64,000 nt of DNA, taken from NCBI RefSeq assembly GCF_009914755.1, contig NC_060945.1; one strand, 5' to 3'. The translations under genes were made by a program, and so were the position numbers. This stretch comes from the human T2T-CHM13v2.0 reference genome, Homo sapiens. Each line of letters begins with the position of its first letter. Position 1 is the first letter of the stretch. This document shows, one piece after another, positions 41,571-53,137 of the stretch. The notes beneath the pieces are model-generated. The model was not told where the DNA came from, did no database searches, and saw only the letters and a list, made by a program, of their open reading frames with translations.

Positions 41571-41676
41571 GGAAGAAGAAAAAGAGAAGGAAGGAAGGAA
41601 GGAAAAAAAGAAAGAAAAAAGAGAAAGAGAAAAGAAAGAAAGGAAGAAAGGAAGGAAGGAAGGAAGAAAGAAAAAA

Positions 41677-41720
<44 letters not shown>

Positions 41721-41741
41721 AAAGAAAAAAAGAAAGAGAGA

Positions 41742-41802
<61 letters not shown>

Positions 41803-41820
41803 GAAAGAAGAAAGAAAGAG
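41571..41820 (+). repeat. About 250-bp compound (GAAA)n/(GGAA)n pure-purine microsatellite grown from the Alu tail
   Basis: Read directly. Confidence 0.97.
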
Positions 41821-42131
41821 ATGAAATTTCAGAGTACGTTGCTACTTTGAATTGAGTTGTGCATTGGGAAGCATCAGTCTCCCAGGGAGGGACAGAGAGC
41901 TGATAAGGTAGCATGCATTCTCCCAAATCTGTCCCACCCAGGGAATAATGTGCTAGATTTTTCTGACATGCTTCTGGAGGGTGAAAATGCTAAAAGTCCC
42001 TCGCAGAATCATTTCCCATTACTAAATTCACCTAGTTTATTACATCTCATGAATGAAATTTTTCAATTAAGTCTTTCCCTTGTTTTTGTTGTGTTGTAAC
42101 TACTTTAGGATGACTGTTCTACTTAGAGATG

Positions 42132-42505
42132 GTATCTTAGTCCATTTAGGCTGTTACAGAAATTTTTGTTACAAAAATACCATAAACTGGGTAGGTTATA
42201 AACAACATAAATTTATTTCTTTCAGTACTAGAGGCTTGGAAAGCTGAGATTAAGTCACTATCAGAATCAGTATCTGGTGAGACCATTTCCTGGTTCACAG
42301 ACAATGGCTGTCTTCTCTCTGTGTCTTCTCCTGCAATTGATTTCTCTTGCAGTGGATCTCTTGCACGTCTTTGATAAGAGCACTAATCTCATTCACCAAT
42401 TCATGAATCACTAATCACTTATGAAAGGCTCCATCTCCTAATGCCATCATATTGGGAATTAGAATTTCAACGTAGGAATTTTGGGGGAATATTAGTCTAT
42501 TGTTC
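42132..42505 (-). mobile_element. MLT1A-like LTR
   Basis: gtatcttagtccatttaggctg...aaataccataaactgggtagg...tttcaacgtaggaattttgggggaa. Confidence 0.75.
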
Positions 42506-42728
42506 ATGGTTTGATGACCTAATTCTCATGGTGGTTTTAACCCATGCTCCCTTTTAATAAACATAAAATGTTGTAAAATTATATACTTTTTCTCATAGAC
42601 AACTCCCCCCCTTCCTCATACTTTATCATCTTTAAAATCGCTGATATACTTAGAAGATGGTTTATTTTCTAGGCATTTCTGCAGACTGATTAGGTAGAGC
42701 TTTTATTTTTCTTTGGCCAAAGATTATA

Positions 42729-42742
<14 letters not shown>

Positions 42743-42759
<17 letters not shown>

Positions 42760-43031
42760 TTTTTTGAGATGGAGTTTCGCTTTTGTTGCCCAGGCTGGAG
42801 TGCAATGGCCCGATTTCAGCTCACTGCAATCCACCTCCCGGGTTCAAGCAATTCTTCTGCCTCAGCCTCCTGAGTAGCTGGGATTACAGGCATGCGCCAC
42901 CATGACCGGCTAATTTTGTGTTTTTAGTAGAGACGGGGTTTCTCCATGTTGGTCAGGCTGACCTCAGGTGATCCGCCTGCCTCGGCCTCCCAAAGTGCTG
43001 GGATTACAGGCGTGAGCCACCGCACCTGGCC
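42743..43031 (-). mobile_element. AluSp with an internal deletion of about 14 nt
   Basis: gagtttcgcttttgttgcccag and ggtttctccatgttggtcag diagnostics; ggctgacctcagg lacks gtctcgaactcctg. Confidence 0.92.
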
Positions 43032-43269
43032 TTATATTTACTTTCAAGTATATGCATTCTACTTTGATCCTCCTAATTCTGATCCTCTCTCCATTACCTC
43101 CTCCCCAAAAACCTTCTAAGGATCATATCATTTTAATTAGGAAGTTATTTGGCTACATTCAAAATATGATTTTTCTTTATAAATATTGGACTAATAACTC
43201 CAATTTGTGCACACGACATCTGAAGAATGTTACAAATATGTGTGAACTCTGTAAGGCTCCCAGTCCAAC

Positions 43270-43560
43270 TTTTTTTTTGAGATGGAGTTTTGCTCTTGTC
43301 ACCCAAGCTGGAGTGGAATGGTGTGATCTTGGCTCACTGCAACCTCCGCCTCCCAGGTTCAAGTGATTCTCCTACCTCAGTCTCCTGAGTAGCTGGGATT
43401 ACAGGCACTTGCCACCATGCCCAGCTAATTTTTGTATTTTTAGTAGAGACGGTGTTTCACCATGTTGGCCAAGCTTGTCTCAATCTCTTAACCTCATGAT
43501 CTGCCCGCCTTGGTCTCCCAAAGTGCTGGGATTACAGGCGTGAGCCACTGCGCCCAGCCC
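43270..43560 (-). mobile_element. AluS
   Basis: Antisense Alu; TSD gtccaactttt on both sides (43263, 43563). Confidence 0.95.
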
Positions 43561-43704
43561 CTGTCCAACTTTTATTTCATTTTCATCTTTCCTAATCCAG
43601 CCTTGTGTTGGAAGCTTCTTCAGACTAAACCAAGAAAACCTTAGGTCTTCATGTTCATATGGGGACTTTAATGTTGATATGGTGTTTGTACACTTTAAAA
43701 TATT

Positions 43705-43900
43705 TCCACATATGTTAACCTTGTGGTGATTCTCTGAGGCATGACAGATACTATTTTCCTTGTTTCATAGAAGACAAAACTTGAATTACAGAGAGGTGAA
43801 GTGACCACCCTGAGGGCTTCCCCAGCTAGCAAGTTCAGGATAGGCTGAGCTGGATTCCAGGTTCTCTGGCTTCCAGTCTGGTACTCTTTCTGCTATTCCA
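43705..43900 (-). mobile_element. MIR
   Basis: cagagaggtgaagtgac...cccagctagcaagt...ccaggttctctggcttccag. Confidence 0.65.
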
Positions 43901-45039
43901 TGCTGTGTTTTCTGATTGAAAAATCATAAGTCTTTGGTATTTCTCAGCTTGGTCAAATTTGTTTAAAGATCACTTAGCTCACTTTTGTCTGAGTCCATAC
44001 CAACCAAGTGATCCTTTAATCTGTCTTACTGAGTAAATGCACCCTTCCTGAAGTGAGTGAGTGCCCTATGGAGTTAGGTGCTGAGCTGAGCTGCAGTCCT
44101 GGGTTATTTATTGCCAATTTGGCATCACCAACTCTCCCTTCTAAGGGTTCCTCTGTCTTTCAGAAAAGTTGGGAGCTATATTTGCAGAACGCCCTTCCCA
44201 TATGGTTACAGGTTGGTTTACCAAGAAGTCCCTTCCCTTGCTGAAGATTTGGAAGGCTGAAACAAATGACAGGCTAAAGGGGGTTAAAGGCAGAAATGTG
44301 GACAACCATGAGATGCTAAGAGGCTCCACCAGAAAGCCACTCCTTCATCACTGCAGACTGTGATGGTTGAAGAGAAATATCTGGAAGTTCAAGGACAATG
44401 GACAATGAAGAGGAAACTGTTCAGCTGGGAGCTGAGCTGAGGTTGTCCACCGTGGCTTCATTGACCTCAGCTTCCCCTAGTCTTCCAATGGTTGTATAGG
44501 CTTCTTGACATCTGCATTAAACCTTTTTAATTTGGATTATCTAGAGAAACCAGTTTTTCTTGACTAAACCCTGACTGATAGACTCATTCCCATGCTAAGT
44601 GCTAACATTTGGATTATGACTTTTATTCTTATTGCTAAAGTATAATTTCAAACGATATAATTAGGACACTGATGCAAATATAATATGAATATATGGCAAG
44701 GATTTTGTTCAACTCATTAATTAGGTGGGGAAACAATTAGATATTAAGACCAGTTCAAACAATATTTGAGGAGCTAGGTATTTATAGACCATTTAATTTT
44801 AAAATGTTAAGATATTTGGGTTATATATAAAACTTGTTAATATCTTACAGAGCAATGCATAATAACATTTGGGGTTATATTTTCCACCAAATCATGTGCC
44901 TTTCCATGGGACAAAAATCAACATGTTAAAGTAAAACTTCTGGGACCTTCAATAGATATTTTTTAAATTAGCATCATCATCATCATCATTTGCTATACAC
45001 GTGATAGGTTATAGACACTACAGTAACATGTTCTCAAAC

Positions 45040-45205
45040 ATGTAATTGTCCTTTCAACAATTCTGTGAGGTGGATTTTGTCATCTCCATTTTAGAGATTT
45101 GGAAACTGAGCCCAGTGACCCCACCTGACCTCCTCAAGGTCATGGACTGAGTTAGAGCTGGGATTTAAATCCAGATTTGTCTCACACTGAGGCCTGTGAT
45201 TTCCT
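45040..45205 (-). mobile_element. MIR
   Basis: caacaattctgtgaggtgg...ccattttagag...gaaactgagcc...ggatttaaatccag. Confidence 0.7.
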
Positions 45206-45448
45206 CCTAGTTCACTATCACCTAATTAATTCAGATACTCCTGACTCTCTCTGTGTTAATTAATAAAATCAGCTTGGTGAATAACAAGGTTGAAAACTAA
45301 GCAAAGGAACATAACTGAATACAAAATGTTATTACAAAAGATTAACGGCTTTGAAAAGTAAAAGCAGTATGAACTATGCCATGTAAACCTTAGGGGGATA
45401 AGGGCCTTAGATTATTCAAAAGATAAATATATTTGGAAATTTTTTTAA

Positions 45449-45664
45449 ATTTTTTATTTTTTTAATTATACTTTAAGTTCTATGGTACATGTGCACAACA
45501 TGCGGGTTTGTTACATAGGTATACATGTGCCATGTTGGTTTGCTGCACCCATTAACTTGTCATTTACCTTAGGTATTTCTCCTAATGCTATCCCTCCCCG
45601 CTCCCCCGACCCCACAACAGGCCCTATGGTGTGATGTTCCCTGCCCTGTGTCCAAATGTTCTCA
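45449..45664 (-). mobile_element. Short L1PA 3' end
   Basis: attatactttaagttctatggtacatgtgcacaac...tgttctcatt; flanking atttggaaa at 45431 and 45664. Confidence 0.92.
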
Positions 45665-46212
45665 TTTGGAAAAATTTTAACAACTGAGATTAAAAATCCA
45701 AACTTGCCATTTCCACCAGATTACGTTTTCATGGTCTGTGATGTGCCAAGTATAAAGAATAGGAGTAACATAAATGCAGGCCCCAACCAAGCAGAGTCTC
45801 TCAAACTTGAATAGAGCATGGAACCTACTTAGTAGAGGGAGCGAGGGAGACAGAGTTCCCAGACTCTGAGCCTACGCCCTCTCATCCAAAAGTTTAGAGA
45901 GCACAGCTTGCGAGATTCATGGTCAAAATAGGCCTGATCATTTTTGGTGCTAGAATAAGATAAATTGTGTCTTTCAGTTAACATTTTTCTATTTGCAACA
46001 TTCTTACTTCATCCTCAGCCAGTGTAAAAATCAAAGTTTTATTGTAGATTAAAGAAAATAAATGAAAACATGGACAAAAAAGATAAATGAATTAGTATGA
46101 GTTGTGGTTAAGGGCATAGACTCTGGAGTCAGAATGTCTGTGTTCAAATCCTGACTCTACTGTGTCCTGTGAAACTTTGGGTTGGTCACTCAACCTGTCT
46201 GTGCCTCAGTGT

Positions 46213-46903
46213 TGTAAACGTCCAGTGGGTTTACCTTGGCCACTGCCTAGACAGAGCCAATTAATCAAGATGGGAATTGCAATAGAGAAAGAGTGAATTC
46301 ACACAGAGTCAGCTGTACAGGAGACTGGAGATTCATTATTTCTCAAATCCATCTCCCAGAGCTTTCAGAGTTTTTAAGGATAATTTGGTGCATGGAGGAA
46401 GGCCAGTGAGTCCAGAGTGCTGATTGGTTAGGTCAGAGACAAAATCATAGGGAATTGAAGCTGTCCTCTTTCACTGAGTCCGTTCCTGGGTGGGGGCCAC
46501 AAGATCAGATGAGCCAGTTTATCGATCTGAGTGTTTCAATAAACTGGGTGCCAGCTGATCCATCAAGTGCCGGGTCTGCAAAATACCTCAAGCACTGATC
46601 TTAGGAGCAGTTTAGGGAGGATTAGAATCTTGTAGCCTCTAGCTGCATGACTCCTAAACCACAATTTCTAATTTTGTAGCTAATTTGTTAGTCTTACAAA
46701 GGCAGTCTAGTCCCCAGGCAAGAAGGAGGTTTGTTTTGAGAAAGGGGTGTTAACATCTTCGTTTTACACTATAAAGTAAGTTCCTCCCAAAGTTAGTTCA
46801 CCCTACACCCAGGAATGAACAAGGACAGCTTGGAGGTTAAAAGCAGATGCAGTTGGTTAGGTCAGATCTCTTTCTCAGTTATAAGTTTGCAATAGCTGTT
46901 TCA
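46213..46903 (-). mobile_element. LTR8-family solo LTR (ERV1), 691 bp
   Basis: Minus strand starts tgaaacagctattgcaaacttataactgagaaagagatctgacctaacc...ctccaagctgtccttgttcattcctggg; TG...CA ends; TSD gtgt/ttgt (3/4). Confidence 0.85.
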
Positions 46904-46946
46904 TTGTCTTCATCTATAAAAACAGGACTAATAAGAATTATACCTC

Positions 46947-49475
46947 CGTTCGTCAACACCAACATCTTTGCCAGGACCAAGATAGACCCCAGCGCCTTGG
47001 TGCAAAAGCTGGAGCTGGACGTAAGGAGCGTCACTTCCATCAGGAGAGGTGCAGAGGCCAAGACCGTTTTGCCCAAGGAGAAAATGAAGCTGAGGCGTGA
47101 GCAATGGTTGCAGAAAATCGAAGCCATAAAACTGGCTGAGCAGAAGCACAGGGAGGAGCGGAGGTAGGGGGCCAGGATGGTGGTGGGGGACCTGCACCCG
47201 CTCAGGGATGCCCTGCCTGAGCTACTGGGGCTTGAGGCTGGCAGCCGGCGCCAGGCCTGCAGCAGGGAGAGCAACAAGCCCTGGCCCTCAGAGCTCAGCC
47301 GGATGAGTGCAGCCCAGAGACAGCAGTTTCTCGAGGAAGAAAGGACCCGGTTTCAGGAGCTGCTGGCCAGTCCGGCCTACAGAGCCAGCCCCCTGTTAGC
47401 CATTGGGCAGACGCTGGCCCGGCAGATGCAGCTGGAAGATGGTGGCCAGCTCTGACCAGGGCAGCGGGCATGCCACAACTCCTCGGGACACATGTGTGGG
47501 CCAAGTAGACAGCACCAGCCCCTCAAGGACCATGGCCTGAGCCTGGTGGACGCCCTTCCCTCTGGTCGGTTGTGGGGCTCAATAAATGGCTCTGTGAACT
47601 TCCCCTGCACCCCCAGGGCCATTCCCATGAGCTGCTCCCTGATTCACAGGGCTGGGCCCACCCTGGGACAGCTGCCCCCGCTCTCCTCAGGACAACAAGC
47701 CACATCCCTCCACTGGGGGCCCCAGCCCCCACGCAGTCAGGGTGTACCGTGCACAGGGTTCGTAGGGACTGCAGTTGTGGAGGCCCCAAGTCCGTCCCTG
47801 AGCAGGCACTGGTGCCGCCAAGATAGTCTCCTGGCTGTGTTGGAAAGGAATTGTGCCTGGGTGTGGCCCCAGCTGTGCCACCAGCCGCCCTGATTTGCTT
47901 CAGCCTCGGTTCCTGCTGCGACCCTGGTGGGATCCAGAAGCACTGAGGCCTGCAGGGGCTGGCGTGGGGACTGGCTTGGGGCCCTCCCCACCTGGGTGTC
48001 TGTTTCCCTTCCAGTCTCCCCTGCCACCCTCAGTGACCAGGGACACAGATGGCCCTGGCAAGGCCCCCGGCCTGCTCCTTGCCTGTTGTCTGCACCCCCC
48101 TGGGCTGCATCCCCCCTATCCCACCCATTGCCCTCGCCCTACCCAGCTGCTCCAAACCCAGGCAGCCCACTGCCTTGCTCTGGGGACGGAGAGCAGAGGG
48201 TCCTTCTGCAGGGAGGAGACGTGGAGTGGGCCCAGCCCTGAAGTTCTTGCTGACCCAGAAGTGAGAGAGGTCCTCCTTTGTTGCTAGAAGCCCTGGGATT
48301 TGGGGGTTGGTTTTTGGACTGTGAATCAGTGACTGATCAGTTCTTGTTTTCAAGTTGTGGAAACCAAGGGGGTGGTGCGTCCCCAGGCCCCTGACGCCCA
48401 GCTTGGCTCCCCCTGCCCGAGCTCCCCCCGTCCCAGTGCTCTGTGGGGCCTCGCTGGCCCATGTCCTGCAGCAGAGCTGGGCAGGCTGGGTGTGGTGGTG
48501 CACCCTGCTGGGGGTGTCTGGGAAGTGCAGAGCAGGACCACTCTCAGCTCCCAGGTGGGGGCCCAGCACCCTGAGCCTTCCCAGGCTGCCTGGGGTGGGG
48601 GTGGTCCCAGGGACTCCAGGGCCTCCTGGCTCCAGGGCATGTGGGTGGCCCCTGTGCACAGCCCCTCTTGTTGTGAGCCCCCATGGTCCGACCTCCCCTG
48701 GCCCTGCTGCCTGCTCAGGGTTCATAGCCCCAGCAGCCCTGCCAAGGCTGCCTGGAGAGTGGGTGGCCGAGGCGAGTTGGAGCCTGCGTCCCTTCTTTTC
48801 AGTGTCCTGGCCCTTCCCTGACACGAGCAGACACGGCATCCACAGAGACAGCCTGGACACCCTCCAAGGCCCCAGCCGATGGGACAGACAGGCGTACAGG
48901 AGCCACAGGCAGCAGATCCCATGCTCTCTCAGCCGGGGCCGGCTTGGCTGCCCAGCCCCAGCTCCTTAGAGAACGGGCTTCTGGCTTCAGAGGAGCTGGT
49001 CACAAACCAATGCTTGCGACAAAACCATTTTTGTGGTAGAGCGAGTGTTGGGAACAACGTCTGTGGGATGCACGCAGGGAAGTGTGGTGGGGGTGCGGAT
49101 GGGGGCGGCTTCCACTTTCTCCAGCATCCTAATCCCACGGTCTGGGTTTCTTGTGAAAAACCTGGCCAGGCGCAGTGGCGCACACCTGTAATCCCAGCAC
49201 TTTGGGAGGCCAAGGCAGGCATATCACTTGAGGCCAGGAGTTCAAGACCAGCCAACATAGTGAGACCCCATCTTGACAAAAAAATACAAAAATTAGCCAG
49301 GCGTGGTGGTGCGTGCCTGTACTCCTAGCTACTGGGGAGGCTGAGATGGGAGGATTGCTTGAGCGTAGGAGGCCATGGCTATAGTGAGCCAAGACTGTGC
49401 CACAGCACTCCAGCCTGGGTGACAGAGTGATCCTGTCTCTAAAAAATAAAAATTTAAAAACGCAAAAAAAAAAAA
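46947..49475 (+). pseudogene. SLX9: Processed, 5'-truncated SLX9 (FAM207A/C21orf70) retrocopy with about 1.9 kb of 3' read-through sequence
   Basis: FVNTNIFARTKIDPSALVQKLEL...QMQLEDGGQL* matches SLX9 without introns; in-frame TAG at 47165-47167; poly(A) at about 49464-49477; 14-bp TSD aagaattatacctc at 46933-46946 and 49476-49489. Confidence 0.93.
49164..49460 (+). mobile_element. AluJ carried at the 3' end of the SLX9 retrocopy
   Basis: atcacttgaggccaggagttc and ggaggattgcttgag J-type features; lies inside the retrocopy TSDs. Confidence 0.92.
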
Positions 49476-49889
49476 AAGAATTATACCTCATAGATTTCTA
49501 TGAGAATGAAATGAGCTAAGAGTCATAAAATGTTTGAAAAACTAGCTGGCTTAAATAAGTATTCTTATTTTTTAAATATCTGTTAATGAAGTATTAGTTA
49601 GCTTTTTTTTTTTTTTTTTTTTTTTTGGTAATAAGCTTGGGTATTGACCCTAAGGAATGTTTTGCACTTAAGGTAGAGTTTGCCTATAAAAATCCAGCCT
49701 GTACATTTTGAGAAAAGGGATATCAGACACTTGATTAGCTCTATGTGGTCTTTGTATCAGAAATTAAACACCAGCTGTTGTAAGAGATAAAGCCTGACAT
49801 CTCAGTGGCTTAACAAAAAGAGATGTTTATTTTTCATAATGTAAAATTCAATCTGCAACAAGGATTAGGGTGAGAGTGGGATCTATGGT

Positions 49890-51250
49890 TGTATTAGTCT
49901 GCTTAGGCTGCCATAACAAAATACCATAGACTGTTTGGCTTAAAAAACAAAGCATTTTTAAATCACAGTTCTGGAGGCTAGAAATTCAAGATTAAGATGC
50001 TGTCAGGGTTGATGTCTAGTGAGGGCTCTTTTCCTCGCTATCGGGGGAACCAGCACCCAATATTTCAACATAGGTTCTTTCTATTTTCCCTAAGTGTCGG
50101 CTGGTCTGAGAAATAAAGAGAAAGAATACAAAGAGAGAAATTTTACAGCTGGGCCCCTGGGGGTGTCATCACATATTGGTAGGACTGTGATGGCAACCAT
50201 GAGCCACAAAACCAGCAAGTTTTTATTAGAGATTTTAAAAGGGGAGGGGGTGTACAAACAGAGAGTAGGTCACAGGGATCACATGCTTCAAAGGGCAATA
50301 CATATCACAAGGTGAAGGCAAAATTAGAATTACTGATGAAGGTCTATGTCCCACTGTGCATGCATTGTCTTGATAAACATCTTAGCAGGAAACAGGGTTC
50401 GAGAGCAGACAATCGGTCTGACTAGAATTTACCAGGCTGGAATTTTTGAATCCTAGTAAGCCCAAGGGTACTGCAGGAGACCAGGGTGTATTTCAGTCCT
50501 TACTTCAACCACATAAGACAGACACTCCCAGAGCAGCCGTCTACAGACCTACCCCCAGGAATGCATTCCTTCCCCAGGGTTATCAATTATTAATATTCCT
50601 TTTGAAAAAGAATTCAGCGATATTTCTCCTACTCACACATCTGTCTATAGGATCTCTGCAAGAAGAAAAATATGGCTGTATTCTGCCCGACCCTGCAGGC
50701 AGTCAGATCTTATGGTTGTCTTCCCTTGTTCCCTGAAAATCTGTTACTCTGTTCTTTTTCAGTATAAGCAGAGATATCATGCACAAATCGGGTGATGAAA
50801 TCCACTGATTTGGTATTGTTCAAACACGCATATTTTACAATCAGTTTATATAATAGTGGTCCTGAGGTGATGTACATTCTCAGCTTACAAAGATAACAGG
50901 ATTAAGAGATTAAAGACAGGCATAAGAAACTATAAGAGTATTGATTGGGGAAGTGATAAAAGTCCATGAAATCTTCACAATTTATGTTCAGAGATTGCAG
51001 TAAAGACAGGTGTAAGAAATTATAAAAGTATTAATTTGGGGAACTGATAAATGTCCATGAAATCTTCACAATTTATGTTCTTCTGCCTTGGCTGCAGCTG
51101 GTCCCTCCATTCGGGGTCCCTGACTTCCCACAACATCTAGCTCATAGATGGCCTCCTTCTCACTATGCCCTCACATCTTCTTTCCTCTGTGCTCTCAATG
51201 CTGGGCAGGGGGAGAGAGAGCATGCTCTGGTCTTTCTTCTACTTATAAGG
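49890..51250 (-). mobile_element. MLT1 LTR split by MER11
   Basis: tgtattagtctgcttaggctgccataacaaaataccatagac...gtgagggctcttttcc | tcatagatggcctccttctcactatgccctcacat...cttcttcttataagg-like end. Confidence 0.75.
50039..51135 (-). mobile_element. MER11 solo LTR (HERV-K11/HML-8)
   Basis: Minus strand starts tgttgtgggaagtcagggaccccgaatggagggacc and ends ggttcccccgata; internal repeats of about 80 bp; degenerate 6-bp TSD cctcgc/tctagc. Confidence 0.92.
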
Positions 51251-53073
51251 AGAAGAGGAGAGAAGGGTCTACATAGTCTTTCAGAGATTGAGGCTGAAAG
51301 AGGATCCACCATTTTCAGCATGGAGCTTCTGGGATCTCCCTGAGTGTCAATATTCAGTAGCAAGTGAAGAGAAAGAATTGTACACAGGAGGGTAAGTGGC
51401 TGAGGTCAGTAATCACTTCTGCCCACTTCCCACAGGCTGAATGCAGTTGCATGCCACCTAACTGCAAGGGAGACTGGGAAACACTGCCTACAGTGTGGAA
51501 AGAAATAAATCTTGTGAATAACTAGCTATTGAATAGTTCTATTGAATCTTCCTCACAGTCCTTGGACCTCCTAGGGGAAAAAAAGTGCACCTTTTCTTAA
51601 CTCTTCCAGAGTGTTCTCTAGTTCATGCTACTTCAAGTTCTTTCCCCAAACTTTTCTCACCTATGTTTTCCTATGGGGCTATCTGACTCAGTTCATGGGC
51701 AATGTGTTCCTATAAAGAAGAAGGAGTGTAGGGCCACCTTCAGCTTATGTTTTAGCTCTAGAGGATGAGAGAAGAGCCAACGTGTGTCAGTTTGAGGATG
51801 GATGTACAGTGAGTAGTGAGGGGCTTTTTCCACCTTGAATGCATGAGAGCTCTTGAGCCCCTCCCACTGCATTTTCAGAGTCACCAGATCTGTGCATGAT
51901 ATCTCTGCTTATACAAGAAAAGAGTCCCTGTGATTGCTCCGTATTTTCTGTCATGGTAAGAATGAAGAGCAAGAGAGCTAGGATAAGGCCCTAGAAAAAG
52001 GCAATGGCAAAGCTCAGATAAATGCCTTTCACCCCTACCACTATCTCTCCAGAAAACCCCATGTAAACCTTGAGCACACTGCAAAGTCATTGGACAGGTT
52101 TCTCTCCAGCAAGAAAGCCCCATGCCCCCTGCCAGTTCACTGGGGCCTCTCAGGCACCATTCTCAACATGAGCTATTGGTTGGGTCTGGTATGTAGGGGA
52201 GCTGCCAGTGCCACTGAAGTCACGTGATAATTGTGGTCTCCTGGCCAGGAAGCAGCTGATCTAGCTTGGGGACAGGGCAGGCAGGATGTGCCATTGATTC
52301 CCTTGTGAGAAATTCCTAAGAATCTACTCTCCATCTGCAATTAATTCTCCCAGGAGAATTAAGAGATTTTTTTTTTCTCTTTTCTAAAGGGAACAAATAA
52401 AGGCCCAATTATTTTTCCAGCAGTCTGAGTTTAGAGTCTACAAATTCTAATTTTTTGTTTCCTGGAAACAGTAAAATTCCATTGCCATTTGTTTTCTTCT
52501 TTAAAATCCCCTTTACTGCACTTTCAAAGTAAGCTTTCCTCATAGCCCTGAAGAGCCTTTGTCTTTAGGTTGTCAGTAAAAACAAGTTGCCCCTTTTGAC
52601 TCAGTTGGTTGAGATATAGTGTACTGAAATGCACCCAGCAGGCCATTGCCAAAGTTGTGGTTTTTCAATTTATGTTTGAGACAAAAGAGTCCAAGGAGAA
52701 TTCCACTTGTGTAGGTTGCATAAGAGATGACAAACAAAGCTGAACTGGATAAGAGTATAAAGAAAGTAAGAGAAGCAAAATGTGTGATAGAGGCCACAGA
52801 TGCTGCCATATAGACAGCGAGATGGTGACAAGGTGAAAAGGGGCTGCAAATTTATTAACTGGCTCAGTCCTTACTGAGAGCTCTGCACCATATCTCCTCC
52901 ACACAGGTGCAGATTTTGCTTTTAGTTTTACAAAGATTAGAGCAAGAAAGAAGCTGCTTTTAAAACAAGAAAAAAAACCACTTTCAGTGCACCATCTCGT
53001 ATAATATTATATCCTATTGTACCCTGCCATGGTTTAGGCATCACTGTATTCTCTCATTGTGTAATATATATAT

Positions 53074-53137
53074 TAAGAGCTAAATAAATGTCTGTTTCAT
53101 TGAAGGTAAGAGCTAAATAAATGTCTGTTTCATTGAA
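53074..53137 (+). repeat. Perfect 31-bp tandem duplication with a gg spacer
   Basis: taagagctaaataaatgtctgtttcattgaa at 53074-53104 and 53107-53137. Confidence 0.97.

Larger units (their letters stand above)
46097..49562 (+). mobile_element. Single MIR split into three pieces (about 46097-46212, 46904-46946, 49490-49562) by LTR8 and the SLX9 retrocopy
   Basis: gtggttaagggcatagactctggagtcaga...ctgtgcctcag | cttcatctataaaaacagga...atacctc | atagatttctatgagaatgaaatgagcta join into a contiguous MIR. Confidence 0.8.

Noticed and set aside
47492-49328. Many overlapping 80-276 aa ORFs
   Set aside because: Expected in GC-rich non-coding read-through sequence; Pro/Gly/Ala-rich on both strands with no domain
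49603-49626. Isolated T24 tract as a possible tail-only insertion
   Set aside because: No element body and no convincing TSD
50911-51080. Direct repeat of about 80 bp
   Set aside because: Intrinsic to MER11 LTRs as recalled
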